From an uncultured virus (IMG/VR IMGVR_UViG_2724679346_000005) (lineage: Duplodnaviria; Heunggongvirae; Uroviricota; Caudoviricetes), in the IMG/VR virus record IMGVR_UViG_2724679346_000005: a stretch of DNA of 64,000 nucleotides, one strand, 5' to 3'. The notes under the pieces are model-generated. The model had not been told where the DNA came from. It did no database searches and saw nothing but the letters and a program-made list of their open reading frames with translations. A program made the position numbers and the translations under genes. This document shows positions 10,203 through 20,900 of the stretch, one piece after another (positions within the stretch are counted from its first letter, which is position 1; each line of letters opens with the position of its first letter).

Positions 10203-10212
10203 TAGTTACCCC

Positions 10213-10653
10213 TTAAAAAGTACCCAGCAGTTGATCAACCTTGATGCAGTCAAATACCCACGGCACCAGCGCACCGTCTTTTGCGTTATTGAAATCCGGC
10301 TGCTTTTGGAATGCACAGCCACGCGCGACAAACGTGTCACCGCTGGCGGTATTGCGGATAAGAATGATGTTATTGCCCCAGGTTGCACTCGATTGTGCCT
10401 GCGCGTTATACATGACCGACAATTTGCGATTGGTTGGGCTGGTTTTCAGCAGGTTCACCGTCAACGTGCCACCTTTCCCCGCGTGGAGACTGTGCATGCC
10501 TTCCCCGTCCGCACCAATTGTCATGGTGTTTTTATTCTCGATCATCGATGTGACAATCCCCTCTTCGGCGACGGCTGCGCCATAACCCAGATCGAATGAA
10601 CCGCCCACACCGACAATGGAGGCGGTAATATCCATAAAGCTATAAGTTGACAT
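10213..10653 (-). CDS. Tail tube protein (DUF3277-like)
   Basis: 146 aa after sheath; GADGEG and L-x-TSPTN motifs. Confidence 0.75.
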   Translation of the reverse strand: MSTYSFMDITASIVGVGGSFDLGYGAAVAEEGIVTSMIENKNTMTIGADGEGMHSLHAGKGGTLTVNLLKTSPTNRKLSVMYNAQAQSSATWGNNIILIRNTASGDTFVARGCAFQKQPDFNNAKDGALVPWVFDCIKVDQLLGTF

Positions 10654-10664
10654 TAATCAGCCCC

Positions 10665-12140
10665 TTAGCGGTTAACATTGATGATGACATCGGCGTAGTG
10701 AACAGCACCGGCCAGTTTGATGGCAGACTGCATCACCGGCGCTTTACGCCCTTCACGGTCAGCCTGCGCCTGTGATGCCATCGGCGGTGCGTACACGTAA
10801 AAGCCTTTGGTCAGCGTGTCGCCAGTTTCTAACGCGCCGAAACTATCACCCCCCCACACGCCGGGAGCCACCAGCCCGTTAGTGACCGACTGATCCAGCG
10901 ACCTCTCTACGTTGGTGAGTAAGCGAGTTACGCCAGCGTCTGTCTGAGGGATTTTAGTGGTGCTGGTAAACAGCAGGTTATAGAGGTTGTTCTGGACGTA
11001 GTTCTGCAACCAGTCGAGGCCGTGGCGTTCATCAAAGAAATCGCCGTTGCACATCACCCCCTCTTGAATAATGGCCGTGTCGTTGTCGTAATTGACGAAC
11101 ACGTTGCAATTCTTCGCTTTCAGCGCATTAGCTTGCGACTGAGAAAGTGATTCAGCGGTAATGCCCGGCTGTTGTTTAAATTTCAGCGTGATAGTGGTGT
11201 TATTGCCGTTAAAGTTCACTGTAAACGCCCGGCCAAAGATCGAGGCAACAGCGTACGGGCTGGCGCTGGAATACTGCACCAACGTACGGGCATAATTAGC
11301 CGCTTTCAGTTTGCTGGCGATATCGGTATCAATATCCGCATCCAGCGCACTCGTTACCTGTGTTGTATGTCCGTAAATCCGCGACACATCATCACTCTGG
11401 ATAAACGAGGCAATGCTGATCACGTCCACATCACTTAATGACGGATCAGCAATAACCAGCCCATACCAGCGGGTAGACATGTCGGCCAGCTTATAGATGC
11501 AGGCCTGAATAGTTTCACTCGCCAGACCTTGAACCGGCAGCGCACCGGCGCTCTCAACCAATCCCATTAGCACAGAAATATCGGTACCGGTCGCATTGGC
11601 CGAGCCATAACCGACTGCTGAGTCTTTGCCGGTGGTTTTGGAGGTGATGATAAAGCGGGAACCATTCCACTCAACAGTGGCAATAAGCAGCGATTCTTCG
11701 ACTCTGGCAGCAATACCGTTAAGGTTCAGTTCGTCGGTCCAGTCAACATCCGCCACCACGGTTTCAACACCATCAACGGTGATTTTCATTGCACCGTCAG
11801 AAACCGCGGTAAAGTTAGCCATTAGCTGCTGCGTCGGGTTTAAAATTGCCCCGCGCAACAGTCCGGCCGCATCCTCTTTCACCCAGCGACCGACGAAAGA
11901 ATCAATCGGTTGTGGTGATTGCTGATAGTACAAATTAGCAGCCTGATACTCAGGTGCTGTCAGACCAAAGTCAGATGCGATGTCTGTCGCACTGGAATAG
12001 CTGCGCAGGCGTTCGTGAGCGTCGATAACAGGCGACGGGCCAACCACCAGCAGGGAACCAAAGTTCCGCGCCATGGCAGCACGCACAGCCATATTCACCG
12101 TCACATTGACGATGTTAGAAACAGGTAATCCCTGCGACAT
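10665..12140 (-). CDS. Tail sheath protein (DUF3383-like)
   Basis: 491 aa; [26 protein letters not shown] and KLAGAVH motifs. Confidence 0.85.
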   Translation of the reverse strand: MSQGLPVSNIVNVTVNMAVRAAMARNFGSLLVVGPSPVIDAHERLRSYSSATDIASDFGLTAPEYQAANLYYQQSPQPIDSFVGRWVKEDAAGLLRGAILNPTQQLMANFTAVSDGAMKITVDGVETVVADVDWTDELNLNGIAARVEESLLIATVEWNGSRFIITSKTTGKDSAVGYGSANATGTDISVLMGLVESAGALPVQGLASETIQACIYKLADMSTRWYGLVIADPSLSDVDVISIASFIQSDDVSRIYGHTTQVTSALDADIDTDIASKLKAANYARTLVQYSSASPYAVASIFGRAFTVNFNGNNTTITLKFKQQPGITAESLSQSQANALKAKNCNVFVNYDNDTAIIQEGVMCNGDFFDERHGLDWLQNYVQNNLYNLLFTSTTKIPQTDAGVTRLLTNVERSLDQSVTNGLVAPGVWGGDSFGALETGDTLTKGFYVYAPPMASQAQADREGRKAPVMQSAIKLAGAVHYADVIINVNR

Positions 12141-12142
12141 GG

Positions 12143-12691
12143 TTATTCTCCGAAGAATTTAACGGGTGCGGAGGTCAGCGATTTAATGCCGTACTCGCGG
12201 ATGACTTTACGGCGTAGCTTGATAGTGATATCGAAACGACGAACCCATTTGTTATTGATGAGTTCGGGAAAGGGATTAATACGGCTGTAACGGGCCAGAG
12301 AAAGGCCCATTTTCACCAGTTCGTCATTATTTTGGGTGATGGTCAGTCCATCGCGAAATTGGGTTGCATAGCGCTGTCCATGGGGGCCGTAGAAACTTGC
12401 CATACATTCGATCTCTTCGTGTCGCCATAACTCGGTGCTGTTTTCGGTTTGGTTCTCAAAGGCCGGGCTGGCATCGTCAGGAATATCGATAACCCCAAAA
12501 CCACACCAATTGATATCAGCCTCCATAATCGGTGATTGCACGGCTGTCCATCGCGGGCGAACGTGACCATCTGCCAGCCCGGACACACCCCTCACCCACT
12601 GACTGAGTTGCCGCTCCAGCGTCTCATCGTAAGCGGGGCCGTCAGCCAGTGGCGTTAGCCATCCGGCTTCATCACTGCTGTTGTTGCTCAA
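12143..12691 (-). CDS. Neck/tail terminator protein (start uncertain, probably TTG 12691)
   Basis: Position before sheath; VRPRW and FYGP motifs. Confidence 0.6.
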   Translation of the reverse strand: MSNNSSDEAGWLTPLADGPAYDETLERQLSQWVRGVSGLADGHVRPRWTAVQSPIMEADINWCGFGVIDIPDDASPAFENQTENSTELWRHEEIECMASFYGPHGQRYATQFRDGLTITQNNDELVKMGLSLARYSRINPFPELINNKWVRRFDITIKLRRKVIREYGIKSLTSAPVKFFGE

Positions 12692-13070
12692 TGGGAATTC
12701 CTCCATCGAATGGCAGTAATTCACAGTGCGCCTGAACGAAGCCCGCGCCATATGCAGTGTAGGGGTCAACAAAGGTCACGCGATAATCGCGATTCTGATA
12801 AGTCACGATATCGGCATCACGCCCGGTCTGCCCCTGAGTCAGGCGCTCGATAGTCACAATAAGGATTGCGCCGCCAATGACATTCCCTGACATCATCCGG
12901 CGCGACTCAAGCGATCGGTCTACGGTAACCACACCAGCAAAACCCTTTTCGGTGACGGTGTTGGTGGCAAAACCGTCAGCATCGACCGTCTGAATGTTCC
13001 GTTTGACCACCAGTGACATGTCACAGAAATCCGGATCAAACAGCACATCGGTAACATCAAGATTTGGCAT
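12672..13070 (-). CDS. Head-tail adaptor/closure protein
   Basis: [16 protein letters not shown]-terminus, YGAGFVQA; neck module. Confidence 0.65.
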   Translation of the reverse strand: MPNLDVTDVLFDPDFCDMSLVVKRNIQTVDADGFATNTVTEKGFAGVVTVDRSLESRRMMSGNVIGGAILIVTIERLTQGQTGRDADIVTYQNRDYRVTFVDPYTAYGAGFVQAHCELLPFDGGIPIEQQQQ

Positions 13071-13551
13071 ATTTGTCCCTCACGATAAAAGTTATTGCCC
13101 GTCGATATTGCCCTGAGTCAATGAGTGGCTTATCCCCGGTGCGACCGCGCCGCAATCGAGCACTGATAGTGCTGTCAGCTAAAGGAGTAAAGCCGGTAAT
13201 AGTGATATAGCGTTTCACCGCATTACTGGCGATGGTGCCCGCCTGCTCTAGCGCCCGATCTGCTGCGGCCTGATTACCTGCCAAAACCGCCTGCGCCGCC
13301 TGTTTTAGCTTTTGTGTGGTTTCATCCTGTACCGACCTGACGCCCGGCTGTAAGTGGGGACGCGGGGGGATATTTTGCGCCGGTGAACCATACTCGTTGA
13401 TATAACCGATCCCCGCATTACCGAAAGGGATATCCTCCCGCTCGCTTTTCTCCTCAGGAATACCAATCAACACATCTTTCCTGCCGATGGCCTTAAGCGC
13501 CGCCAACACATCATTCGCTTTATCTACCCGAACCTTTAAGCCGCTTTTCAT
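13057..13551 (-). CDS. Neck/virion morphogenesis protein
   Basis: NEYGS..IPPRP and KPLIDSGQ motifs. Confidence 0.7.
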   Translation of the reverse strand: MKSGLKVRVDKANDVLAALKAIGRKDVLIGIPEEKSEREDIPFGNAGIGYINEYGSPAQNIPPRPHLQPGVRSVQDETTQKLKQAAQAVLAGNQAAADRALEQAGTIASNAVKRYITITGFTPLADSTISARLRRGRTGDKPLIDSGQYRRAITFIVRDKYAKS

Positions 13552-13952
13552 AGCTGGCGACCACCCGCGCCGAACATCGTCACCAGTTGGTAAAATTCAG
13601 CCCCGTAGCGGGTGAAGTTCCAGAATGCTGCATCAGGGTTGAGCGTGGCGCTGTTGTCATAGCTAACGGAAACTTTATCGACACTCTTTGATGAGGCAAC
13701 ACCATTGGTGGAGCCACTACCGCCGCCCATCGCTGCTGCCTGCATATCTTTGGCCTGTAACGAGATGTAGTGAGCAACGAACAGCTCAACCAGATAGGGA
13801 AACATATTGTCTAGTAGGTTCTCATCAAGAAGGTTGTCGGCAAGTGATAATCGAAATTGTATTACCGCGTTAGGGTAACGGGCCTCATTCACAAACTGAG
13901 GGAAATCAGTCCTGAACTGTGCTGGTGTCGGTAGGTTTTTGTTCCTTGCCAT
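13548..13952 (-). CDS. Head-tail connector (DUF4054-like)
   Basis: [19 protein letters not shown] and TRYG motifs. Confidence 0.75.
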   Translation of the reverse strand: MARNKNLPTPAQFRTDFPQFVNEARYPNAVIQFRLSLADNLLDENLLDNMFPYLVELFVAHYISLQAKDMQAAAMGGGSGSTNGVASSKSVDKVSVSYDNSATLNPDAAFWNFTRYGAEFYQLVTMFGAGGRQL

Positions 13953-14250
13953 TTGCTTTCACCTTCGGCTTAGTCAATTCATCGATTTGCTTCTGCATCT
14001 CAATAATTGAGTTATCACGATCAGCCAACGCTTGCGCCTGTTCATCGATTTGCTTCTGCATCTCAAGGATGGAGGCTTGCAGGTCGGTGTTACTTTGCTC
14101 AACCTCGCCGTCGATAACCTCGGCATGTGCCAGAGTGAACCAGTGCTCGGCAACTTCTTTCGTGACCTTATGAGTGCCGACCAGAAAACCGATATCCGGC
14201 TGGCCGGCCAGCGACAATTTAAACGCGGTGTGTACTGCAATTTTCATCAT
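13906..14250 (-). CDS. Small virion-associated protein with internal duplication
   Basis: Follows capsid gene; SI(L/I)EMQKQIDE twice at 63-bp spacing. Confidence 0.6.
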   Translation of the reverse strand: MMKIAVHTAFKLSLAGQPDIGFLVGTHKVTKEVAEHWFTLAHAEVIDGEVEQSNTDLQASILEMQKQIDEQAQALADRDNSIIEMQKQIDELTKPKVKANGKEQKPTDTSTVQD

Positions 14251-14287
14251 TTCACCTTACTGGCCTCCTGCGAGGCCATCAGAGTTA

Positions 14288-15232
14288 TTAAATGCCGTCG
14301 AAGTAAGCCAGTGTTTCAATGTATGGGGCTTCAACCACACCCAGCTTCCCGTAATAGGTCACCAACTGCCACAATCCACGATACTGGATCGGGATGCTGG
14401 TCAGCGGTACCAATGGAAAACGCACATATTTACGGTCATTGGTGTAGGCCACCATGCGATCTTTACCCGCAATACCCGCACCTTTCAGCCACTTCACCGC
14501 GCGGATATTCAGAGGGATACCGTTCTGGTGGAAAGAGATAGTGTTAGTGGTCAGGTAGGTCAGTAAAGATTGGTTACCCGCATCAGACACAATAACCTGC
14601 GCCAGATAGGCGTACTGCTCAGGGGGTAACAGCAGGTCTTTCGGTACCACGGTATAGCCGGACGCCGCCCAAGCATCGGAAAGCACTTTGTTAATGGAGT
14701 CGCGAATCTCAGCCACGGTAGAAACCAGCCACGACTTAGTTGCGTTGCCAATCGCTACGCCAGTGTAGTTAGCCAGACCTTTTACGCCCAGATCGGTATC
14801 ACCGAGATAGACCTGCTCATCGGCGTCCATGTGCCATTTCAACACCATGCCGTCATATTTCTGCGTATCGATTGGGCGGCCCATTTGTTGCGCTGCGGCT
14901 AACTCAATTACTGTCCAGCCCAGCTCCATACCCCACAACGTTAGCGGGAAGCCCTTTTTATCGATATCCAAGTTAATGCCTGCCAGTGCTGTCGATTCCT
15001 GGCTGATCCAGTTCTTACCCTTTGGATTAGCGCCGGTACCCGCAGCAGCAAAACCGGTTTTAGTGAATGAGCTGATCTCATCAGCAATATTCACATCTTC
15101 ACGGAATTGAATATCGCGGGTGTAAGTCGTCCCCACCAACGGCAGGTTAATCTCGGGGTCTAATCGCTCCAGCTCCCCAATAAGGAATGCGCCGCTGGCA
15201 TCAATGGTGCGCTGGCTGTCGTAAGTGATCAT
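14288..15232 (-). CDS. Major capsid protein (DUF2184-like)
   Basis: 314 aa, FLIGELERLD start; follows protease and cement genes. Confidence 0.85.
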   Translation of the reverse strand: MITYDSQRTIDASGAFLIGELERLDPEINLPLVGTTYTRDIQFREDVNIADEISSFTKTGFAAAGTGANPKGKNWISQESTALAGINLDIDKKGFPLTLWGMELGWTVIELAAAQQMGRPIDTQKYDGMVLKWHMDADEQVYLGDTDLGVKGLANYTGVAIGNATKSWLVSTVAEIRDSINKVLSDAWAASGYTVVPKDLLLPPEQYAYLAQVIVSDAGNQSLLTYLTTNTISFHQNGIPLNIRAVKWLKGAGIAGKDRMVAYTNDRKYVRFPLVPLTSIPIQYRGLWQLVTYYGKLGVVEAPYIETLAYFDGI

Positions 15233-15244
15233 ATTGATTGTTCC

Positions 15245-15736
15245 TTAAATCTTGTAGGAGATTTCAGTGTTACCAGCAGCATCACCGGCACCCGTGAAAT
15301 AAGCGTTAGGCAGCACCACGGTAGTGTCAGCAATCGCTGTGGCCAGCACGGAACCTAACGGGCTAGCGTCTGTAGCACCGGCGATACGGATATAGACCGG
15401 CGCACCTTTGGTCACACCCGCTGCCGTAGCGCCGATATTGACCGATAGGTAACCGCGCTTTAGCGCATCACCGGCAAAATTGTTACCGGTGCCGATTTGA
15501 CGCACCTTGTCTGGCGTTGAGGTGGTGGGGAATGGTCGGACAAAGATGCCGACGATTTTGTCTGCGGTATCATCCTCATCCAACGGTACAAAGAAATTGC
15601 CGCTGAACTTTCCGGCCAGACCGTACTGGCTAAATGGGTTCGCCGTATTAATCAGTACCGGTTCAATAGTTAGATCCTGCGGGCGCGACACTGCCCCGGC
15701 AATGCCCGCAGGCATCCGGAATAAATATGCTGTCAT
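15245..15736 (-). CDS. Capsid cement/decoration protein
   Basis: RMPAGIAG N-terminus; between protease and capsid. Confidence 0.7.
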   Translation of the reverse strand: MTAYLFRMPAGIAGAVSRPQDLTIEPVLINTANPFSQYGLAGKFSGNFFVPLDEDDTADKIVGIFVRPFPTTSTPDKVRQIGTGNNFAGDALKRGYLSVNIGATAAGVTKGAPVYIRIAGATDASPLGSVLATAIADTTVVLPNAYFTGAGDAAGNTEISYKI

Positions 15737-15739
15737 GAA

Positions 15740-16966
15740 TTAGTTTCCTTTTTTAGCCCAGAACGCGGCGTTCTGTTTATTGAGGTCGGCGGCGGTAGGT
15801 CGGCGATTTGGTGCGGCAGAATCGATAGTTCGGTGGTTCACCTGGGTGTTATTCCGCCCTTTGGCAATCTCGCTGGCCGCGATGAATGCCGCATCAAGGG
15901 AGAGTTTCGGCATTTTGGCAAAGTCGGGCTTATCGCCAACAATACCTTTCAGCAGCTTCTCACCCTCTGTGGTTTTAAACGCCGCATCTAATACGGTTCG
16001 TTTAAAGGATGCCAGCTTTCCCCCCTCGGGTAATTTAATGCCGGGTACAATCCATTCCGCGCGGGAAACCACATCCTGATGATAAGCCGCATCGCTGGTA
16101 ATACGTCGCCCCTCTTCCTCCTCGTCTGGGTCGGCGTCGGTGGTTGCGCCTAACTTCTCCAGAATCGCGGCTAAGGTCGTTTCCATAGCAGCAACACGGC
16201 TTTCGATATCGCCACTATCATTAGTCGCGATGGCATCTAATTCAGGCTCCTGTTTCGGTAACGGTTGTTGTGGGTTAATGGTGATATTGATGGCCTTGGG
16301 CAGTTCGCCGGTACCCTCATCGCTGGTTAGCTCTGACGGGGCGCTTTCCATTGCTTCCTCCATCGCGGCGGCATCTTTGGTTTTGATTGCCCGGCGTAGC
16401 TTGGCGAACCAGGTGTTATTCATTGTCATACGTTTACTATCTCCAATTGAACAGCGTTTCCCTGCGCGACCCGTGGGAACGAGCGCGACATGGTTAGCTA
16501 TGATGTCGTACTGACGAGCTTTGCCGATTGCGGTTTGCTGGTATTCGGCATCGTAGCCAGACGAAATTTGATCAACACCCTCTTCAAGAATCACCTTTAT
16601 GGCCTCGGCTTTCTTGACCACGATGTCGGCGATCATTAAATCTGATTGGTCACCTGTTCCGCGCCTGACGTTTTGAACGTGTCCAGCGGCGTAACGGCCC
16701 CAGTTATCAGGTGTTACATCTTCGATGGGGTGAGATACTGTGAACGTCATTCCCTCAAAGCTGGCGAGTGTTTCAGGGCGAAAGACCTCATCCTCCGTCC
16801 TTTCCACTAAGATCTCACCATCACTATCAGGCTCGATATCATCCAGTTCTTCGCCACCGTAAAGCTGCACCCCTGTTCGGCCTATTGGTACGTCTTTGCA
16901 CAATAGGCCACCGTCGCTCATGGTGAAGCGCGTTTCTCCCAGGCGGGAGTTATAGAAATATTGCAT
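15740..16966 (-). CDS. Prohead protease/scaffold (DUF2213-like)
   Basis: EVFRPETLASFEG, ISSGY and NHVALV..GRAG motifs. Confidence 0.85.
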   Translation of the reverse strand: MQYFYNSRLGETRFTMSDGGLLCKDVPIGRTGVQLYGGEELDDIEPDSDGEILVERTEDEVFRPETLASFEGMTFTVSHPIEDVTPDNWGRYAAGHVQNVRRGTGDQSDLMIADIVVKKAEAIKVILEEGVDQISSGYDAEYQQTAIGKARQYDIIANHVALVPTGRAGKRCSIGDSKRMTMNNTWFAKLRRAIKTKDAAAMEEAMESAPSELTSDEGTGELPKAINITINPQQPLPKQEPELDAIATNDSGDIESRVAAMETTLAAILEKLGATTDADPDEEEEGRRITSDAAYHQDVVSRAEWIVPGIKLPEGGKLASFKRTVLDAAFKTTEGEKLLKGIVGDKPDFAKMPKLSLDAAFIAASEIAKGRNNTQVNHRTIDSAAPNRRPTAADLNKQNAAFWAKKGN

Positions 16967-16969
16967 GGG

Positions 16970-17734
16970 TTATCTTTCCGGAATGATGACTTCGCAGTAA
17001 CAACGGCAGTTAGGTAATGCGCCCGCATGGCCCGTCATACCGTCAAGGGTCGGCGGGTTATCCCAGCGAACAAACTTACCTTCCATTTTCTGATGTGAGT
17101 GGCGAACATCGCTATCCTCGGCGGTGCGCCAGATGTAACCGCTGGAACCGATAGAGAGTGAACGGGCCTGTGTTAGTGCCGTTGATGCCCTCCCTATTTC
17201 TGTACGGGCGATCATATTGGCGCGGGATATTGCCACATCACCAGATTTGGCAATTTCTTTAGCGAATGGCTCGGCACGCCCACCGGTGATTACCGCCTCT
17301 AGCGCCTGATTATGGATGTCCTGCACTCTGTCTGCAGCCTGCAAGGGCAGCGACTTGATGAGTTTTATCTGCTCTTCCACGATGTTACGGGCCACCTGCC
17401 CCACAGCGGTGTTTTCCACTATCTGGCGCAAACCCGCTGATATTTCCTGCGAGTTACTGCGCCACATCGCCACGTCTTTTGCATTAATGGCATCGAACAT
17501 CTTACTGGCGGTGGTTCTGGCCCAGCCATCAATCAGGTCTGAATAGCGGTTCAGGCTATCCATAACGTGATAGACGGAATCATTAGAACCATCGTAAGTA
17601 CCATTTACGATGTCGCCGACCATTCGCGCTATCTTGCGTAGCTGCGTTTGATATTGAATTTCCGCGCGCCGTGATTTCAAGCGGGTTGAGATCTGCGCCT
17701 TCGCCGAGGTTCGGCGGGTCGATGTCTTTCGCAC
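16970..17734 (-). CDS. Head morphogenesis protein (Mu gpF/SPP1 gp7-like)
   Basis: IARTE, W-x-T-x-x-D-x-x-VR-x-SH and PNCRC motifs. Confidence 0.85.
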   Translation of the reverse strand: MRKTSTRRTSAKAQISTRLKSRRAEIQYQTQLRKIARMVGDIVNGTYDGSNDSVYHVMDSLNRYSDLIDGWARTTASKMFDAINAKDVAMWRSNSQEISAGLRQIVENTAVGQVARNIVEEQIKLIKSLPLQAADRVQDIHNQALEAVITGGRAEPFAKEIAKSGDVAISRANMIARTEIGRASTALTQARSLSIGSSGYIWRTAEDSDVRHSHQKMEGKFVRWDNPPTLDGMTGHAGALPNCRCYCEVIIPER

Positions 17735-19055
17735 TCTCTATATCCTCATCGCTGATACTGGAGCCGATACCGATAATGCCTGCTTTGTCCCTGAGTTCAG
17801 TCATGCCACCCTGCAGCGTCAGCAAGCCTGAGTCCATTGCAGCATTAATGGTATTAACGGTTTTCTCCGCGACGTCAGCCCGATCAGGTTCCGACATCTG
17901 CCACAGCGGGTTGAAATCAAATGAGAAACCGTCTGGCAGTGGCGAACTAAACTCGGAGTAGTGGATCACTTCGAATAATCGGCGCAGTGGACGACGCAAA
18001 CGGCGCTCTTGTTGAGTTCCGATATTGTCGTAGTAGTTAGCCAGGTCAGCGTCACCGGTTGAGAACCCTGCAGGAGACTGACCAAACAAGCGCACCAGCG
18101 GGATACCAATGGCACCGGCTATCTGTTGGGCAAACTGCGCCATCACATCAGACAATCCACCGAATGCATAACTGTGCGTTTCAAACGTATCGGTGGCATC
18201 CATCAGGGTCAGGCCCTCAGTGCTTTGAAATTGCCGGATCATATCCATGCTTTTCATTAGCCCATCAAAGGCCTTGCCCCCCATCGCGACCAGCTCACGA
18301 AACTTATTGATTTTGTAGGTACGTAGATGCGCCTTAAAAATCAACTGTGCCGCACCGGTCGAGGTGCTATCAAACGCTAGCAACCGGTCAAACAGCCGCT
18401 CTATTACCGACATGCCCCATTCATTCTCTGTTCGCTTCTGCTGATACGGGAGGCCAACACCATCAAGGCGAATCACCCTGCTGTGGTGAATTTTCATGCT
18501 CGGGATACCGCCGCCGGTGGTCACCACCTGGTAATATTTAGGCATACCGAGATCTGGCCCCATCTCGGTCACTCGTTCGCTGATGGTTGGGTTAACCATC
18601 CAACGGTCGAGCACCAGTAGCCCTTTAAACGCATCTTTGCCGATGGTTTCTACCCGTAGTGGTGTTTCCGGCGCTTGGCCGTCAATCATGATGAAACCAA
18701 TTGCCCCACCGTACAGCCGTGACCATTTGATCGTGTCGTTGAGAGCATCCCAGAGGGATAACTCTTCCCAGCGCCCCTCTATTCGCATCTTGGCATCCGG
18801 TGCCATCTTGGAGGTGATGTTAATCCCCTTGCGGGTCATATCATCTGCGATGGTGTCTACCGCCGCGCCCACCAGCCAAGACGAGCGGTAAGCGTTTTCT
18901 ATCAGTTGGCGGTTGCGGGAGGTCCAATTCGGTTGGTAGCTATAATCCGCGCTTTGGTTCTCAGTTCGCAGTCCATATCGAGCAGTGAGGTTTTGATAGC
19001 TATCAGTGGTTCGTTGGGGTGATGACGCCTTGCCTACTTTACGTTTTCTCGACAT
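17583..19055 (-). CDS. Portal protein (DUF1073-like)
   Basis: IHHSRVI, IPLVRLFGQSPAG and NYYD motifs; follows terL. Confidence 0.85.
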   Translation of the reverse strand: MSRKRKVGKASSPQRTTDSYQNLTARYGLRTENQSADYSYQPNWTSRNRQLIENAYRSSWLVGAAVDTIADDMTRKGINITSKMAPDAKMRIEGRWEELSLWDALNDTIKWSRLYGGAIGFIMIDGQAPETPLRVETIGKDAFKGLLVLDRWMVNPTISERVTEMGPDLGMPKYYQVVTTGGGIPSMKIHHSRVIRLDGVGLPYQQKRTENEWGMSVIERLFDRLLAFDSTSTGAAQLIFKAHLRTYKINKFRELVAMGGKAFDGLMKSMDMIRQFQSTEGLTLMDATDTFETHSYAFGGLSDVMAQFAQQIAGAIGIPLVRLFGQSPAGFSTGDADLANYYDNIGTQQERRLRRPLRRLFEVIHYSEFSSPLPDGFSFDFNPLWQMSEPDRADVAEKTVNTINAAMDSGLLTLQGGMTELRDKAGIIGIGSSISDEDIESAKDIDPPNLGEGADLNPLEITARGNSISNAATQDSANGRRHRKWYLRWF

Positions 19056-20671
19056 TACGCCCCCCCGAGCCGTAGCCAGATATCCAGCGCATTATCCATT
19101 GGTGCATATAAAATCATTGCAGAATCCGCCAGGTTGGGTGACTTGGTGCCGTCAGGTTTTTTATCCACCACAATTTTCCCTACGCCATTGACTGAGTAGG
19201 TGGGTTGCGACAATTCAGAGGTTAATTTGGTCAGGTTTTTGAGGTCTTTCGGGATGGAGATAATCTCATCGGGATCGAACTCCATATTTTCCTTAACCGC
19301 CCGATACGTTTTCTGGAACCGGGTGCGCAGACTCCACCAGCCCTGAGCTTTGGCGTTCGCAAAGAAATCCTTGTTAAGCCGCCCCTGTTGACCGTTATCG
19401 CCGGGAATGGCCTCATCATCGGGATCGGTTACACCGCCGCTACCACGGAATGGCGTGGCGACAATATGCCGCCTGCGTTGCTCTTCGCGCTGCTCGTTGA
19501 TAACACGGGCATCACCACGCGCACCGGCCCCCAATCCATCGGTATCAAAGCGGAAAGTTTCGAGGTTTTGTGCATCGCAAATATCAAAGGCTTTTTGTAC
19601 GGTACCGAAAATATCATCGCCTTTTCCCGACCACTCTTCGATGCTTTCGAGTAAGAAACCGTGACGACCGGCAAAGGCATTGGTGTCCTTGCCCTCGTCG
19701 GCGATATCGAGCGCACCTAAGCGCTGGCCGGTTGGCACAATACCCAAGACCTCATGCGCGTTTATTGCTGCCTGTACCCATGCGGATGGAATCAATACGC
19801 CCTCAACAGAGGCGCTATAGTTAATATCAATTTCCTGCGCCACGGTAACGGTGTCGAGATTCTCAACCTGCTTTTGATACCAGGCATCATCTTTGCGCGG
19901 GTCGTCGCGCCAGTGAAAGGTGAATACTTTAATCTTGCCGCTATGCCGCCGTTCAGCGAATGAGTTAGCCATACCGTTTGGCGTTGATATATCCTGCCGA
20001 CAGTTGGTGGTTGCTGACAGAGACGCATCGACCAGATAAGGCCGCTCCAGGAACGCGGATTCATCGACTATGTAAAAGCTGGTGCGGTCACCGCGCCCTA
20101 TCCCGTCACCCGCCTCGCCGGTCATGGCTGATTCAGTTTCTGGGAATAAGATACGCATGTGTGGCGCGTGCTGCTTTAGGCTCCAGCCACCGCGAAACTC
20201 AGTTGGCAACAGAGAGATGAAATTACGGGCTTTATCGAACAGCGATTTAGGCGAGCCGATTTTATCAACATACTCCTCTTTGCGAGAACCGAACCCGGCA
20301 AACACACCACGGTTAAACAGGCAAAGTGAGGAGGCCATACCAACGGTCAGCCACGACATCCCCATATCACGGGTTTTCTCGGTAATGCCCGGTTCAGCAT
20401 TACGCCAGCGTTCAACAAACCACTCGATCCACTCCTCCTGCTTTGGGAATAAGAGGAACGGGATACGGGCTGGCAATCCACGCTCAACGTTGCGGGGGTC
20501 TACTGTCATGCCCCAATCAATAATGAACTGTGCGGGGTTGTCTTTGTAAAACGCTTTCATAACCGGCAACAATTCAGGCTGCTGACGAATGCGCTGCAAT
20601 CGCTCCATTCGCCACTCAAAAACCTGCATGTAGTCCGGGTTTTTGAAGTCAAAAGGGAACGGAATAGGCAT
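19055..20671 (-). CDS. terL: Terminase large subunit
   Basis: KTRDMGMS Walker A variant, YIVDESA Walker B, STPNG, LDIADEG and SPNLAD nuclease motifs. Confidence 0.9.
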   Translation of the reverse strand: MPIPFPFDFKNPDYMQVFEWRMERLQRIRQQPELLPVMKAFYKDNPAQFIIDWGMTVDPRNVERGLPARIPFLLFPKQEEWIEWFVERWRNAEPGITEKTRDMGMSWLTVGMASSLCLFNRGVFAGFGSRKEEYVDKIGSPKSLFDKARNFISLLPTEFRGGWSLKQHAPHMRILFPETESAMTGEAGDGIGRGDRTSFYIVDESAFLERPYLVDASLSATTNCRQDISTPNGMANSFAERRHSGKIKVFTFHWRDDPRKDDAWYQKQVENLDTVTVAQEIDINYSASVEGVLIPSAWVQAAINAHEVLGIVPTGQRLGALDIADEGKDTNAFAGRHGFLLESIEEWSGKGDDIFGTVQKAFDICDAQNLETFRFDTDGLGAGARGDARVINEQREEQRRRHIVATPFRGSGGVTDPDDEAIPGDNGQQGRLNKDFFANAKAQGWWSLRTRFQKTYRAVKENMEFDPDEIISIPKDLKNLTKLTSELSQPTYSVNGVGKIVVDKKPDGTKSPNLADSAMILYAPMDNALDIWLRLGGA

Positions 20672-20709
20672 GTTGGGTTTTGCTCGATAAATGTGTGAAT
20701 TTTAGGACT

Positions 20710-20737
20710 TTTTAACATAATGACCGTTACCCGCACC
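20710..20737 (-). promoter_or_regulatory. XerC/XerD recombination site (dif/cer-like)
   Basis: Minus strand GGTGCGGGTAA-CGGTCA-TTATGTTAAAA vs dif GGTGCGCATAA-TGTATA-TTATGTTAAAT: 9/11 and 10/11 arm identity, 6-bp spacer. Confidence 0.75.
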
Positions 20738-20900
20738 GAGCGCATAGCACTCATCGAACAAGCAGCGTGAGAGGCTTATTTGTCAGGGTTAACGTGTCAG
20801 GGAGTTAGATAATTGAGTGCATAAATCATGCATAAAATACACTCTATTTTGCATAGAGAATTTATCAATCTAACGGGCTATTTCTGGATGCTTACCAAAA

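Noticed and set aside
693..20549. Many plus-strand ORFs opposite structural genes
   Set aside because: Shadow frames of well-supported minus-strand genes
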